Shown one piece after another: positions 19,586-29,044 of a DNA stretch of 64,000 nucleotides (its first letter is position 1; each line of letters opens with the position of its first letter). The notes under the pieces are model-generated. The model ran no database searches, was not told where the DNA came from, and was given only the letters and a program-made list of their open reading frames with translations. Source of the DNA: a bacterium (GTDB lineage Bacteria; Hydrothermota; UBA3073; JACQXS01; JAQTXJ01); assembly GCA_041649255.1 (NCBI GenBank), contig JBAZNK010000002.1, positions 778 to 64,777 on the forward strand, written 5' to 3'. Both the position numbers and the translations under genes were made by a program.

Positions 19586-22426
19586 ATGATAACCAAGGAG
19601 CAAGCCAAACAAAAAATCCAAAAACTCATTGATAAATACAATATAGAAAAAGAAGAACTTAATACCTACAACGAGGAAGCCACAAAAACTGGTTTTATTC
19701 AACCTTTTCTGAAAGATGTTTTAGGCTGGGATGTGAATGATCGCAACGAAGTTAGTCCCGAAGTAAAAATATCAAAAGGTAGGGTTGATTATGGACTCAA
19801 GATTGATGGTAAAATTAGGATTTTCGTTGAAGCAAAATCACTAAGTTCTAACCTTAATAAACATATTGAACAGGCAGTCGGGTATGGTTACAACAGGAAA
19901 GATGTTCCTTTTGTCCTTCTTACTGATTTTGAAGGAATAAAACTTTTTGACGTAACAATCAAACCGGATTCCAAAAACCCTCTAAAAGGTTTAAAAATGG
20001 ACCTTCACTGGGACCAATATATTGACCAGTTTGATAAATTATGGTTGATTTCAAAAGAATCTGCAATCTATGGGAAACTTGACAAATTACTTCTGATAAA
20101 ACCTAAAGACAGACTCCCGGTTGACAAAGCTATTCTTAAAGACCTTAGCGAATGGCGAGAAATCTTGGCTAAAGACATCTTTAAAAACAACCCCAAACTT
20201 TTCCACTCGGAAGACACGGAAAAAGATGCTGACTACCTGAGAGAAATAACACAGAAAATCCTTGACCGTCTAATCTTTATGCGATTCTGCGAAGACCGTG
20301 GCTTTATTGACCGTAGTTTCTTAAACGCATTATTTGAGGGAAGAACGGATTCTGTCGGCACTATTACAATGGTATTTCTTAAAGAAGAGTTTAAGCATTA
20401 TAATGGCATATTTGATAGTGATCTGTTCAGACCTCAGGAATGGGAAAATAATTTAGCAATTGACTTCAAAATTATGCGAAAAATCGTTCTGGATACTTAT
20501 AATCCTTACCAGTTTGATGTTATCCCGCTGGAGGTTTTGGGCAATATCTATGAACAGTATTTGGGTTATACTATCAGGTTGACCGAGCATCAGGTAAAAT
20601 ATGAGTTAAAACCGGATGTCCGCAAAGCAGGCGGAGTTTATTATACCCCCGAATATATCGTTGACTACATTGTCAAAAATACTGTTGGCAAATCATTACA
20701 AGAGTTATCCAACAAGAAAATAAAGAAACTTAGAATATTAGACCCAGCTTGTGGCTCAGGCAGTTTTCTTATCAGGGCTTATGAAGAAATGCTAAATTAC
20801 TACCAGAATCAGAAACCAAAAAAACAGAAAAAAATATCAACAAAACAGTCAGAATTAAATTTAGGGCACGAAAAAAAAGAACAACGCCTCACAATCCACG
20901 AAAAAGCAGACATCCTGTGCACCCATATATTCGGTGTAGATATAGATGAACAAGCAGTAGAAGTAACAAAGCTTTCCTTGATGTTAAAAATGCTTGAAGG
21001 CGAGCAGGATAGAATCCATGGCAAAGATCTCTTGCCAATGCTAAATAAAAACATCAAATGCGGCAACTCTTTGATTTCCGGCAATGTCTTAGAACTCACA
21101 AGATACTTTGGCAACGACTACTATAAAGTCAAACCTTTCAACTGGAACGAGGAATTCAAAGAGATTATCGTTGACGAGAAGGGGTTTGATGTCGTAATAG
21201 GTAACCCACCGTATTCACTTATTGGTTCTGATAGAAGGAAGGAACAATTGTATTTTAGAGATGGTAATTTCGTTATGGAATCTTATAAAACTAATACCTA
21301 TATGCTATTTTTAGAAAAAGGCTTAACTCTCTTAAAGAAGAAAAGTGCAGTTTTGGGATATATTATACCTAAATCTTTAGTATTTAACACTTTTTTTAAT
21401 GATGCAAGAAAATTTTTATTATCTAATTTTGCAATCCCCGAGATTATAGAGATAAAAGAAAAAGTTTTTGTTGATGCCGAGGTAGGAGATAGTATTTTGT
21501 TTTTTGCAAAAAAGGATAAAGATTCAGTCAAAAACCTTCTTAATTATTATAAAGTAAAAAATATATTCCCAGTTTTTGATATTATTGAACATCACAAAAA
21601 TATTCAAAGTAATTTATTACAGCAAAGTGAAATAAGATTTTTTGAGGACACAATAAAGATAAGAGCCAAAACACAAAGACTTGGCGATATATGTGTCGTA
21701 TCCAATGGGCTTAACCCTGGGAATATAAGACATATTTTATTATCATCTTCACCGGAGACTTCTAATCATAAAAAAATGTTACTTGGTAGAGACATAAAGC
21801 GTTACTTTACTCATTGGTCCGGAACATGGGTTAATTATGATTCAACCTTGAAAGAAAAGATTAAAATGACAGACATAAAATCAAAAGCAGGAATGACAGC
21901 ACAAAAGAAAGTAGATTTTGCTTTAAGAAATCCAAAAATATATTCCCCTAATAAAATTGTTATTAGAAAAACCGCTGATTGTATTTTAGCAAGTTATGAA
22001 AAAGAAGGGTTTTATTTTGATTCTTTATCCCACGGAATTCAACTCAAAAAGGAAGTTAACGGGTCAATCCTTTATATTTTGGGACTCTTAAATTCTAAAT
22101 TCATTAATTATATACATAGTAATATATCACAAAATAAGGGAAAAGTATTTGCAAAAGTTTTAGGTAAAAACTTAGAACGACTTCCTATTCGCACTATTGA
22201 TTTTTCTAACCCTGCCGATAAAAAGCTTCACGATGACATTGTTGCATTAGTTGATATAATGCTTGACTTAAACAAAAAACTCCAAACCGCAAAAGGCAAC
22301 GATAAAGACTACATCCAAAAACAAATCACCCAAACCGACAACGAAATTGATACCATAGTATATAAACTTTATAACATAACTGAGGGAGAGAAGAAGATAA
22401 TAGAGACTGTCGAATTACAAAAATGA
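19586..22426 (+). CDS. Type IIL/IIG (MmeI-like) single-chain restriction-modification enzyme: N-terminal PD-(D/E)xK nuclease (HsdR-N-like) fused to a gamma-class N6-adenine DNA methyltransferase and a C-terminal target-recognition region
   Basis: The N-terminus (TGFIQPFLKDVLGWD…GRVDYGLKIDGKIRIFVEAKS) carries a D…E-x-K nuclease motif. Methyltransferase motif I (LDPACGSGSFL) precedes motif IV (VVIGNPPY). The length (946 aa) and domain order match MmeI-family enzymes. No separate methyltransferase gene is present. Confidence 0.85.
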   Translation: MITKEQAKQKIQKLIDKYNIEKEELNTYNEEATKTGFIQPFLKDVLGWDVNDRNEVSPEVKISKGRVDYGLKIDGKIRIFVEAKSLSSNLNKHIEQAVGYGYNRKDVPFVLLTDFEGIKLFDVTIKPDSKNPLKGLKMDLHWDQYIDQFDKLWLISKESAIYGKLDKLLLIKPKDRLPVDKAILKDLSEWREILAKDIFKNNPKLFHSEDTEKDADYLREITQKILDRLIFMRFCEDRGFIDRSFLNALFEGRTDSVGTITMVFLKEEFKHYNGIFDSDLFRPQEWENNLAIDFKIMRKIVLDTYNPYQFDVIPLEVLGNIYEQYLGYTIRLTEHQVKYELKPDVRKAGGVYYTPEYIVDYIVKNTVGKSLQELSNKKIKKLRILDPACGSGSFLIRAYEEMLNYYQNQKPKKQKKISTKQSELNLGHEKKEQRLTIHEKADILCTHIFGVDIDEQAVEVTKLSLMLKMLEGEQDRIHGKDLLPMLNKNIKCGNSLISGNVLELTRYFGNDYYKVKPFNWNEEFKEIIVDEKGFDVVIGNPPYSLIGSDRRKEQLYFRDGNFVMESYKTNTYMLFLEKGLTLLKKKSAVLGYIIPKSLVFNTFFNDARKFLLSNFAIPEIIEIKEKVFVDAEVGDSILFFAKKDKDSVKNLLNYYKVKNIFPVFDIIEHHKNIQSNLLQQSEIRFFEDTIKIRAKTQRLGDICVVSNGLNPGNIRHILLSSSPETSNHKKMLLGRDIKRYFTHWSGTWVNYDSTLKEKIKMTDIKSKAGMTAQKKVDFALRNPKIYSPNKIVIRKTADCILASYEKEGFYFDSLSHGIQLKKEVNGSILYILGLLNSKFINYIHSNISQNKGKVFAKVLGKNLERLPIRTIDFSNPADKKLHDDIVALVDIMLDLNKKLQTAKGNDKDYIQKQITQTDNEIDTIVYKLYNITEGEKKIIETVELQK

Positions 22427-25400
22427 ACAATGCAAGTTTTTGCATAGATTTATTTAATACAAGAGAAAAAGCAACCATTATTTGGTTGTTAATTTTCGGG
22501 GTTTGGGCATTATCTAAAAAAAATATTAGAAGTTCGTTTTGGATAAATATAAAAGGGTTATTTGAAAAAAAGATTTTGGTCTTAATAATGGCTATGCTCG
22601 TTTACATTGGTTTTATATTTGCTATTCTGTCAAAAATAGGGATTTGGAATATTTCTTTGACAAAAGATACGGTTTTTTGGGTTTTGGGTTCAGCATTTGT
22701 GCTTCTGATAAATGTAAATAGAGCTATGGAAGACGAACATCATTTCAAAAAAATAATTTTAGATAACTTAAAGTTGATTTTAATAATTGAGTTTATAGTG
22801 AATCTTTACACCTTTAACTTTTGGATTGAGTTAATACTAATACCAGTGCTTTTCATGCTTGTTGCCGGAAGTGCCTTTACAAAAATAAAAAAAGAGAAAA
22901 AAGTAATTGATTCTATTTTGTCAGCTTTTGGTATTTTACTTATCGTTTTTACTCTCGTTAAAATATTTGAAAATTATCAAGCTTTTGCGAGTTTAGAAAA
23001 CTTGCGTGCTTTTACCCTACCGCTTCTATTAACTTTTGCGTATTTACCATTTTTGTACTTTTTTGCTCTTTTCATGTCTTATGAAAGTTTATTTGCTCAC
23101 CTTGATTTTTTTCTAAAGAAAGACCTAAAGTTAGCAAAATTCGCAAAACAAAAAGTTTTTACTTTATGTCATGTTAATCTTGGCAAACTTAACAGATTTT
23201 CAAAGGGAAGTGCTCAAGAGTTGATAAGACTAAACAATAGAAATGATATATTGAATATGATTAAAACTTTTAAAAGAGCCCGAATTGCCATTTCAAAAGA
23301 AAAAACAATTCAGAATATTAAATATTTTAGTTACTCACTGTTATTATCGTTATTTATTACCTGCATGATTCTAATTGTTTGTGAAAATAGTGGCTTTATA
23401 AAAGATTTTTCAAATAAGATTATAGATATAGCTATTGTATCTTTTATACTACTCTTTTTTTTACATTCTTGGAGTACAACACAGAAGTTCTGGCAGAGAT
23501 ATAAAAATACTAAACAGTTATCTACCCAATCCTTCATTAGCAATCTTGATTGTATAATTTTAACTACCGCATTAGTCATTATTTTCCTATTGATTTGTTT
23601 TTTAATTTACTCCGCTAAGCCTATTTTAATTTTTACAGGAGTTAATAATATTAGGCGGATAATACTAACTTTTATATTTATATTTATGTGGCTTTTATTA
23701 AGTTATTTCTCGAATAAAAAAACAGGAACAAAAAGCGTTGGGAATAAAAACATTTCTTCGCTTTCCGATGAACCTATAGATAATTCGGGACGGGATTTAT
23801 TAGGACGCGAAAAGTTTATTGATACTCTATACGATTCAATTATAAAACTTCCCTTCGAAGATTCTTTTGTTTATGGGCTTTCTGGACGCTGGGGAGAAGG
23901 CAAAACATCGGTAATTAAGCTATTACAAAATAAATTAGAAGAAAATAAAGAGTTTTTAATTGTAGACTTTAAGCCTTGGTACTTTAATGATGAAGAAACT
24001 ATATTTACTGCCTTTTACTCTCAACTTGAACAAGCTTTAAGTAAAGAGGCTATATTCCCAAATATAAAAAGAACATTTAATAAATATTTAAAACTCATTT
24101 CGGTAAGAGTGCCACAAACAGATATTAATATTAAACTTCCACATTGTGAGGAAACTTTAGAAGACGTTAGAGATAATATGCAAAAATTCATACAACAAAC
24201 CGAGAAGAAGATAATTATATTCATTGATGATATTGATAGATTAGAGAGAAAAGAAGTCTTGCTTGTTTTTAAGCTTGTTCGTCTTAATATGAATTTTAAG
24301 AATACAAGATTTATCCTGAGTTTTGATGTAGATGCGGTTCGAAAGCTTTTGAAAGGCAGTAAAAAGGAAGGGGATTTTGAAGATGCTAAAATAGACCCCG
24401 AATTTTTGGATAAAATTATTCAGGTTACTACTGATTTGCCAGCTATTGAACAAATATATATCGACCAGTTTTTATATAGTTATATTGATGGAAGAGTAAA
24501 TAGAACATTACTTAAAAATATCCTTCGCAAGTATCCAGATAAGTGGGAACAAATCTTTGATAATCCAAACGATGGATATCTATATTTTAAAAAAGGACTT
24601 CAAGAAAATGATTTTGTATTTATGACAGATTTAAAAGAGAAAGCAGAGGTTATAAAATTCTGGGAACCATATAAAGAAAATCTTTTCGATAAACTTGATG
24701 TTTCCCGAATCGATAGAGCAGAGTTTAGAAATAATTTTGACAATTTATATGAAACTCAAATTAAAACATTATTTAAAACTTTGCGTATCACTAAAAGATA
24801 TTTAAATAGTTTATGCTTAATGCTTCCAGCGGTTAAAGATGAAGTTGATTTGCATGATTTCTTTGTTTTAGAAGTAATACGGACTTTTTATTCGACAGTT
24901 TATGAAGATATATGGTTAAACCAAAAGTTTTATATTACAGAAAAAGAGGAAGAAAACAGAATGCCAAATGAAATAATTACGCATATAAATAAGATTGTTG
25001 AAAATCAACAAGAGAAGGATATTCTGATGAAGCTATTAAAGGCTATTTTCCCATTGGTAAATGCAAGTTATTATAACGCTAAAGAATCTAAAATGCCTGA
25101 TGTAGTGGCATGGAATAGAGAAAAAAGAAAAATTCACCATTTTGAATGTTTTAAGAGATATTTCATGCTTAGAGTCCCTCCATTAGAGATACCGGATGCA
25201 ACGGTAAAAAATACATTAATCGAATGGAATAAAGATAAAAACAAGATTGAAACTTCTATTTTAAAATTTCGCGAGAAAGATCAACTTTTAGAGTTTTTCC
25301 GTAAAATAAGTGTGTTTAGGAATGTTATAAATATAAAAGAAGAAATAATTCCTGATATTGCAAATATTGTTCTTAATAAATATAAAAAGGAATTAGAAGT

Positions 25401-26058
25401 TTATGAATACAGTGCGGCAAAAAAATTGTTAATGGAATTATACAGGGATAAAAAAGTTAATAAGTTTCCTGCAATAATAGATACTACAGGGAACAATGAA
25501 TTTATTATAAATAATTATTTCCTTGGAGAGAAGGAGGGAACTTTTTCTATATGGGCTAAAGTAACAGACGAACATAATTCATCTACGAAGCATATGTACA
25601 TAATAGGGACTGCTTCTGATGGTGGGCGAAGAATAGGGATTAGCGCTTCGCAAGGAACAGTAGACTTTTATATGAATGTATTTGCGATAGCAAGAATGGG
25701 AAGTAAAAAATGTTGGAGTTTCTGGTGTACAAATGATAAAGGAGAGGAAAAACTTATCGATTCGGATTCCAATAAGGCACTTTCCGTTGGATGGCATTTA
25801 TTTACCGTTTGTTGGTCAAAAACAAAAGGTTTTGTTAGTTTTTATATAGATACTATGTCAATTAATAAACCAAAGGAGGAGAAAGTTATTGAATCATGGC
25901 CTGTAACTTACGGAGAATGTGTTATAGGAACTTGGCCTAATAGAGCCAAAGAACATTATTTTAATTCAGAAATTGGGTACTGGGAAATATTTAACAAAGT
26001 AATATCTGAGGACGATATAAAGGAAATCTATGATGAGAAAATCAAATTTTTACCATGA
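22423..26058 (+). CDS. Membrane-anchored KAP-family P-loop NTPase with C-terminal LamG/ConA-like lectin-fold domain (1211 aa)
   Basis: The start overlaps the RM gene stop (ATGA). Residues ~1-440 form a polytopic membrane domain of roughly 10 hydrophobic helices. KAP Walker A (GLSGRWGEGKTS) and Walker B (IIIFIDDIDRLE) are present. The C-terminal ~200 aa (FSIWAKVTD…HMYIIGTASDGGRRIGISASQGTVDFYM…WHLFTVCWSKTKGFVSFYID…) has a LamG/pentraxin-like jelly-roll pattern. Confidence 0.8.
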   Translation: MNNASFCIDLFNTREKATIIWLLIFGVWALSKKNIRSSFWINIKGLFEKKILVLIMAMLVYIGFIFAILSKIGIWNISLTKDTVFWVLGSAFVLLINVNRAMEDEHHFKKIILDNLKLILIIEFIVNLYTFNFWIELILIPVLFMLVAGSAFTKIKKEKKVIDSILSAFGILLIVFTLVKIFENYQAFASLENLRAFTLPLLLTFAYLPFLYFFALFMSYESLFAHLDFFLKKDLKLAKFAKQKVFTLCHVNLGKLNRFSKGSAQELIRLNNRNDILNMIKTFKRARIAISKEKTIQNIKYFSYSLLLSLFITCMILIVCENSGFIKDFSNKIIDIAIVSFILLFFLHSWSTTQKFWQRYKNTKQLSTQSFISNLDCIILTTALVIIFLLICFLIYSAKPILIFTGVNNIRRIILTFIFIFMWLLLSYFSNKKTGTKSVGNKNISSLSDEPIDNSGRDLLGREKFIDTLYDSIIKLPFEDSFVYGLSGRWGEGKTSVIKLLQNKLEENKEFLIVDFKPWYFNDEETIFTAFYSQLEQALSKEAIFPNIKRTFNKYLKLISVRVPQTDINIKLPHCEETLEDVRDNMQKFIQQTEKKIIIFIDDIDRLERKEVLLVFKLVRLNMNFKNTRFILSFDVDAVRKLLKGSKKEGDFEDAKIDPEFLDKIIQVTTDLPAIEQIYIDQFLYSYIDGRVNRTLLKNILRKYPDKWEQIFDNPNDGYLYFKKGLQENDFVFMTDLKEKAEVIKFWEPYKENLFDKLDVSRIDRAEFRNNFDNLYETQIKTLFKTLRITKRYLNSLCLMLPAVKDEVDLHDFFVLEVIRTFYSTVYEDIWLNQKFYITEKEEENRMPNEIITHINKIVENQQEKDILMKLLKAIFPLVNASYYNAKESKMPDVVAWNREKRKIHHFECFKRYFMLRVPPLEIPDATVKNTLIEWNKDKNKIETSILKFREKDQLLEFFRKISVFRNVINIKEEIIPDIANIVLNKYKKELEVYEYSAAKKLLMELYRDKKVNKFPAIIDTTGNNEFIINNYFLGEKEGTFSIWAKVTDEHNSSTKHMYIIGTASDGGRRIGISASQGTVDFYMNVFAIARMGSKKCWSFWCTNDKGEEKLIDSDSNKALSVGWHLFTVCWSKTKGFVSFYIDTMSINKPKEEKVIESWPVTYGECVIGTWPNRAKEHYFNSEIGYWEIFNKVISEDDIKEIYDEKIKFLP

Positions 26059-26308
26059 TATAATTAGAAACACAATATAGATTCCCTATTTTAATTTTCC
26101 CGCATTATAATACCTCTACTATCAATAAGTTCATCTCCGAAATCCTCAAACAAGTATTTTAAATTTTCTAACTCTTTTTATTGGTTTTTCCATACAGAAA
26201 CCGTTCCTTTTCTGTATGAAATATTCCTATGGGAAATTTCCGCATATATCATGCTGTTTTGTATGTTCCTGTTGCCCAAGTAATAACATATCGGCGCCAG
26301 CGTCAATG

Positions 26309-26428
26309 TGCTTATTAAAGTGGAAATAAACACTGGTAAACACTAGAAGAATTGTAGGAAGCAAACCTATAAAAGCAGTTAAAGGAGGTAGAAAAAATGG
26401 TTTTTAAAGTATTTTCTCATTTTTGCCT
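26309..26428. repeat. Repeat A1: ~120-bp noncoding element with a paralogous copy at 30871..30983
   Basis: …cttattaaagtggaaataaacactggtaaaca(ca)ctagaagaat…ataaaagcagttaaaggaggtagaaaaaatgg…ttttctcat aligns with 30871..30983 at >80% identity. Confidence 0.8.
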
Positions 26429-26515
26429 TGAACGTAATTGCGGCAAGGATTGAACGGGTTTGAACCAGATTGAACAGGTCTCGTTCAAAGCTGTTCAATT
26501 TGAACAATTGAACAG
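26428..26515. promoter_or_regulatory. Iteron array 1: 8 copies of heptamer TTGAAC(G/C/A) (6 direct, 2 inverted)
   Basis: ttgaacg, ttgaacg, ttgaacc, ttgaaca, (cgttcaa), (tgttcaa), ttgaaca, ttgaaca within 88 bp. Confidence 0.75.
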
Positions 26516-26525
26516 AGGTAAAAAC

Positions 26526-26750
26526 TAGGGACAATAACTATTTGTTTTCTTCCGTATAAGCATGTTTTTTAATGTTTTCCAACTGAATACCTCATTACAA
26601 CTCTTTGGGGTTTTCCCTTTAAGGGTTGTTTAATTAGAGTTTGCGACGTGGGAGCATTTCCGCCTCAGGCGGACTAAGTTATCCAGCTCGCAGGATATCC
26701 ATTTTCTCAGGTTATGGAAAAAATTACTTTCCCCTTGACTTTTTGTTATC
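26526..26750. repeat. Repeat B1: ~225-bp conserved noncoding element (candidate structured RNA / regulatory leader) with a paralogous copy at 31586..31790
   Basis: The core …ttacaac(t/c)c(t/c)ttgg…ttttccctttaagggttgtttaattagagtttgcgacgtgggagcatttccgcctcaggcggactaagttatccagctcgcaggatatc…ttgact is almost identical in both copies and contains the hairpin ccgcctcaggcgg. A second hairpin shows a compensatory change (ccctttaaggg versus ccccttagggg). Confidence 0.75.
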
Positions 26751-26804
26751 CCCGTTTTACATTGGAATCAGTTCTTTGATACTTAATTTGTAACTTGCGT
26801 GTGT

Positions 26805-26935
26805 AAAAGCTCCGACAGAGCCATGTAAGTTACCTCAGTAGCGTAAGCTATTGGGGGTGGTCTATTGCTCCTAAGTCTCTGTCGGAGTAGCTACGACTTC
26901 GGTCGTAGCCGAGCAATTTGGCTGCCCCTTTTTTA
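26805..26935 (+). ncRNA. Candidate structured small RNA / leader (multi-hairpin, UUCG tetraloop)
   Basis: An 11-bp long-range stem ctccgacagag/ctctgtcggag encloses ~56 nt. It is followed by a perfect 8-bp hairpin gctacgac-TTCG-gtcgtagc and then ggctgcccc + T7. Confidence 0.3.
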
Positions 26936-27016
26936 TTTGCGGGCAAGGAGGGAATAAAATGAAGCTGAAGAGATTTAGATATAAATTATAAGATTTTTAA
27001 TTAAGCCTTTTAAGGC

Positions 27017-27463
27017 TTGAAAGGGGGAACGATGTCTAAAAAATTGGGTATAGTTTTAATCAGTGGAATGTTTGTTTTTTCTTCCTTATCTTATGGTAAG
27101 GAGAAAGAGCCTGTTGTTTCTGGTTGTATGTCTTTTTTAATTCCTGGACTTGGACAGGTATACAATGGGCAGGTTGCGAAGGGTTTTTCATTTTGGGGAG
27201 CTAATTTATTTGGAGACTACTTAATGATAGTAGCGACAACCTCAACTGACCCCACAACATCTTGGCTTTGTTTTATTCCAGGTTTAATTATTTGGGGAGG
27301 TAGTGGCATTTGGAGTATTGTTGATGGTGTAACTGTTGCCAATAAAATTAATAGTGGTCAAAAGGTGGAACTGGAGCTCAAATCTGTAAATTTAAGTGAG
27401 TTGAATCTTTATCCCCAAACCAAAAAAAACGGTCTTGAATTAGCTTTTACTTATAAGTTTTAA
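27017..27463 (+). CDS. Small integral membrane protein (3-4 TM helices)
   Basis: Hydrophobic segments; PGLGQVYNGQ motif. Confidence 0.55.
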   Translation: MKGGTMSKKLGIVLISGMFVFSSLSYGKEKEPVVSGCMSFLIPGLGQVYNGQVAKGFSFWGANLFGDYLMIVATTSTDPTTSWLCFIPGLIIWGGSGIWSIVDGVTVANKINSGQKVELELKSVNLSELNLYPQTKKNGLELAFTYKF

Positions 27464-27475
27464 GAAGGAGGAAAA

Positions 27476-28222
27476 ATGTGGAAAGAATCAAGTCTCGTAG
27501 TTTTGATAGGTATATTGTTATTCACCGGGTGTGGAAAGAAAAACCCTACCGATGGGAGTAATAGTAATCATCCCCCATATACTCCTGGGAACCTTATCTA
27601 TAGTCCTTCTGACGGTGCAACAGGAGTTGTTACTTCTGCTCAATTGAATTGGTCAGGTGGTGACCCAGATGCAGGTTCTACGGTGAAATATACGGTCTAT
27701 TTTGGTACCCAATCACCACCACCTTTAGTGTCTTCTGACCAATCTAATACAACTTATAACCCCGGAACGATGATTGGAGCTACCACGTATTACTGGAAAG
27801 TTATGGCAAAAGACAATTTCGGTGTCACTGCAACAAGCCCTGTATGGTCGTTTGAAACTTATGGAGCCCATAGAAATGAATGGAATTGGACTAACTCATC
27901 ATGGAGTACTCTACCAGGTAATTATACTTATCTTGGTCCGTATTCTTTAAATGCTGGTGATTCTTTGAACATTACTGTAACAAATGTTTCGTCAAACACT
28001 GGAGGACTGTTTTGTTGTACTGCCCAAGATTTCGCCAACTGGCAAGCAGGAAATACTTCTTATTCTATCTTTTCTGTTAATGGTTCTACAGGAGGAACTT
28101 GGAAAGTATGCGTTTCTTCAACGGATAATTATTATTTTGTTAATGATAATACCAGTTCTATTGTTACAACAGTTACATTTGATCTTAAAGTTGATGTGAT
28201 AAGATGGGCATGGTATAAGTAG
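27476..28222 (+). CDS. Lipoprotein with fibronectin-type-III-like domain
   Basis: Lipobox LLFTGCGKK. FN3-like pattern PGNLIYSPSDGATGV…LNWSGGDPD…YTVYFGTQ…TYYWKVMAKD. RBS aaggagg. Confidence 0.6.
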   Translation: MWKESSLVVLIGILLFTGCGKKNPTDGSNSNHPPYTPGNLIYSPSDGATGVVTSAQLNWSGGDPDAGSTVKYTVYFGTQSPPPLVSSDQSNTTYNPGTMIGATTYYWKVMAKDNFGVTATSPVWSFETYGAHRNEWNWTNSSWSTLPGNYTYLGPYSLNAGDSLNITVTNVSSNTGGLFCCTAQDFANWQAGNTSYSIFSVNGSTGGTWKVCVSSTDNYYFVNDNTSSIVTTVTFDLKVDVIRWAWYK

Positions 28223-28372
28223 ATAATAAAACCAGCCTGCTCTTTGCAGGCTGGTTTTGTTTTACCCAAAAGTTAAATTGACATACCTTAGGCAACTATT
28301 AAACGAATTTCCTCCTTGACACTCTTATAGCTATGCAATATAAATTTTCTTAATTGGATATCATATAAGCAA

Positions 28373-29044
28373 ATGAGAAATATAGGTAAAAAAGAAGCGA
28401 TAGAGAATCTTAAAAACTGGGGAAAGGTTTGTCACCACCCACAGAAAGAAGTTCAAAAGCATATTAAACACCCCAGTCAACAGAAGAAAATAGATGAGAT
28501 ATTAAAAGATGTGCCTTTATTAAAAGTAAAGAGGGCAAAAGCTTTTTGGAATAAATGGTGCAAAGAGATAATGAAAAATGAGGAGTTGGAACAGATTTAT
28601 CGTGCATTGGACTCAAGTCTTAAAACAAACCGTTCTTATTGGCAATTCAAACGCGTTGCGATATTATTCTTGTATATTTATGGATACATATCAGATAAAG
28701 AGTTAGATTTGATTAAAAAAGATATAGATAAAACCGAGCAGATTTTTGATAAACATAGAAAAGAGATGAAAATAATTAAAGAAATAGACGACGCCCTGCG
28801 AGATAAGAAGTTCCGGGGACATATTCCTATGAATGTTTCCTGTCTGGCTATAGGAGCAAGCATTACGTTTACAAGAGCAGTAAAAGCAATTTTAGACGTG
28901 ATTGAAAGACTGCATAAAGATAAGGATTACAGAGAAGGACATTATTACGGTGGCACAATTGACTGGGATGAAGCTATTTTATTCAGCGGACAACCATATG
29001 AATGGTGCAAAAAAGGAGGGAAAAATGAAAGAGATGACAGTTAA
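28373..29044 (+). CDS. Hypothetical protein (223 aa)
   Basis: ORF with moderate coding signal; alpha-helical, Lys/Glu-rich. Confidence 0.5.
   Translation: MRNIGKKEAIENLKNWGKVCHHPQKEVQKHIKHPSQQKKIDEILKDVPLLKVKRAKAFWNKWCKEIMKNEELEQIYRALDSSLKTNRSYWQFKRVAILFLYIYGYISDKELDLIKKDIDKTEQIFDKHRKEMKIIKEIDDALRDKKFRGHIPMNVSCLAIGASITFTRAVKAILDVIERLHKDKDYREGHYYGGTIDWDEAILFSGQPYEWCKKGGKNERDDS

Noticed and set aside
26585-26720. B element as tRNA, tmRNA, SRP RNA, 6S, RNase P or group II intron 5' end
   Set aside because: None of the universally conserved motifs of those RNAs is present: no tRNA cloverleaf, no tmRNA tag reading frame or T-arm, no SRP domain IV, no RNase P P4, no GUGYG. It is left as an unclassified structured element.
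28902-29024. Upstream extension of the YD-repeat protein ORF
   Set aside because: A strong RBS (aaaaggaggg) sits immediately before the in-frame ATG at 29025, and the extension would overlap the preceding gene by ~140 nt. The shorter start was chosen.
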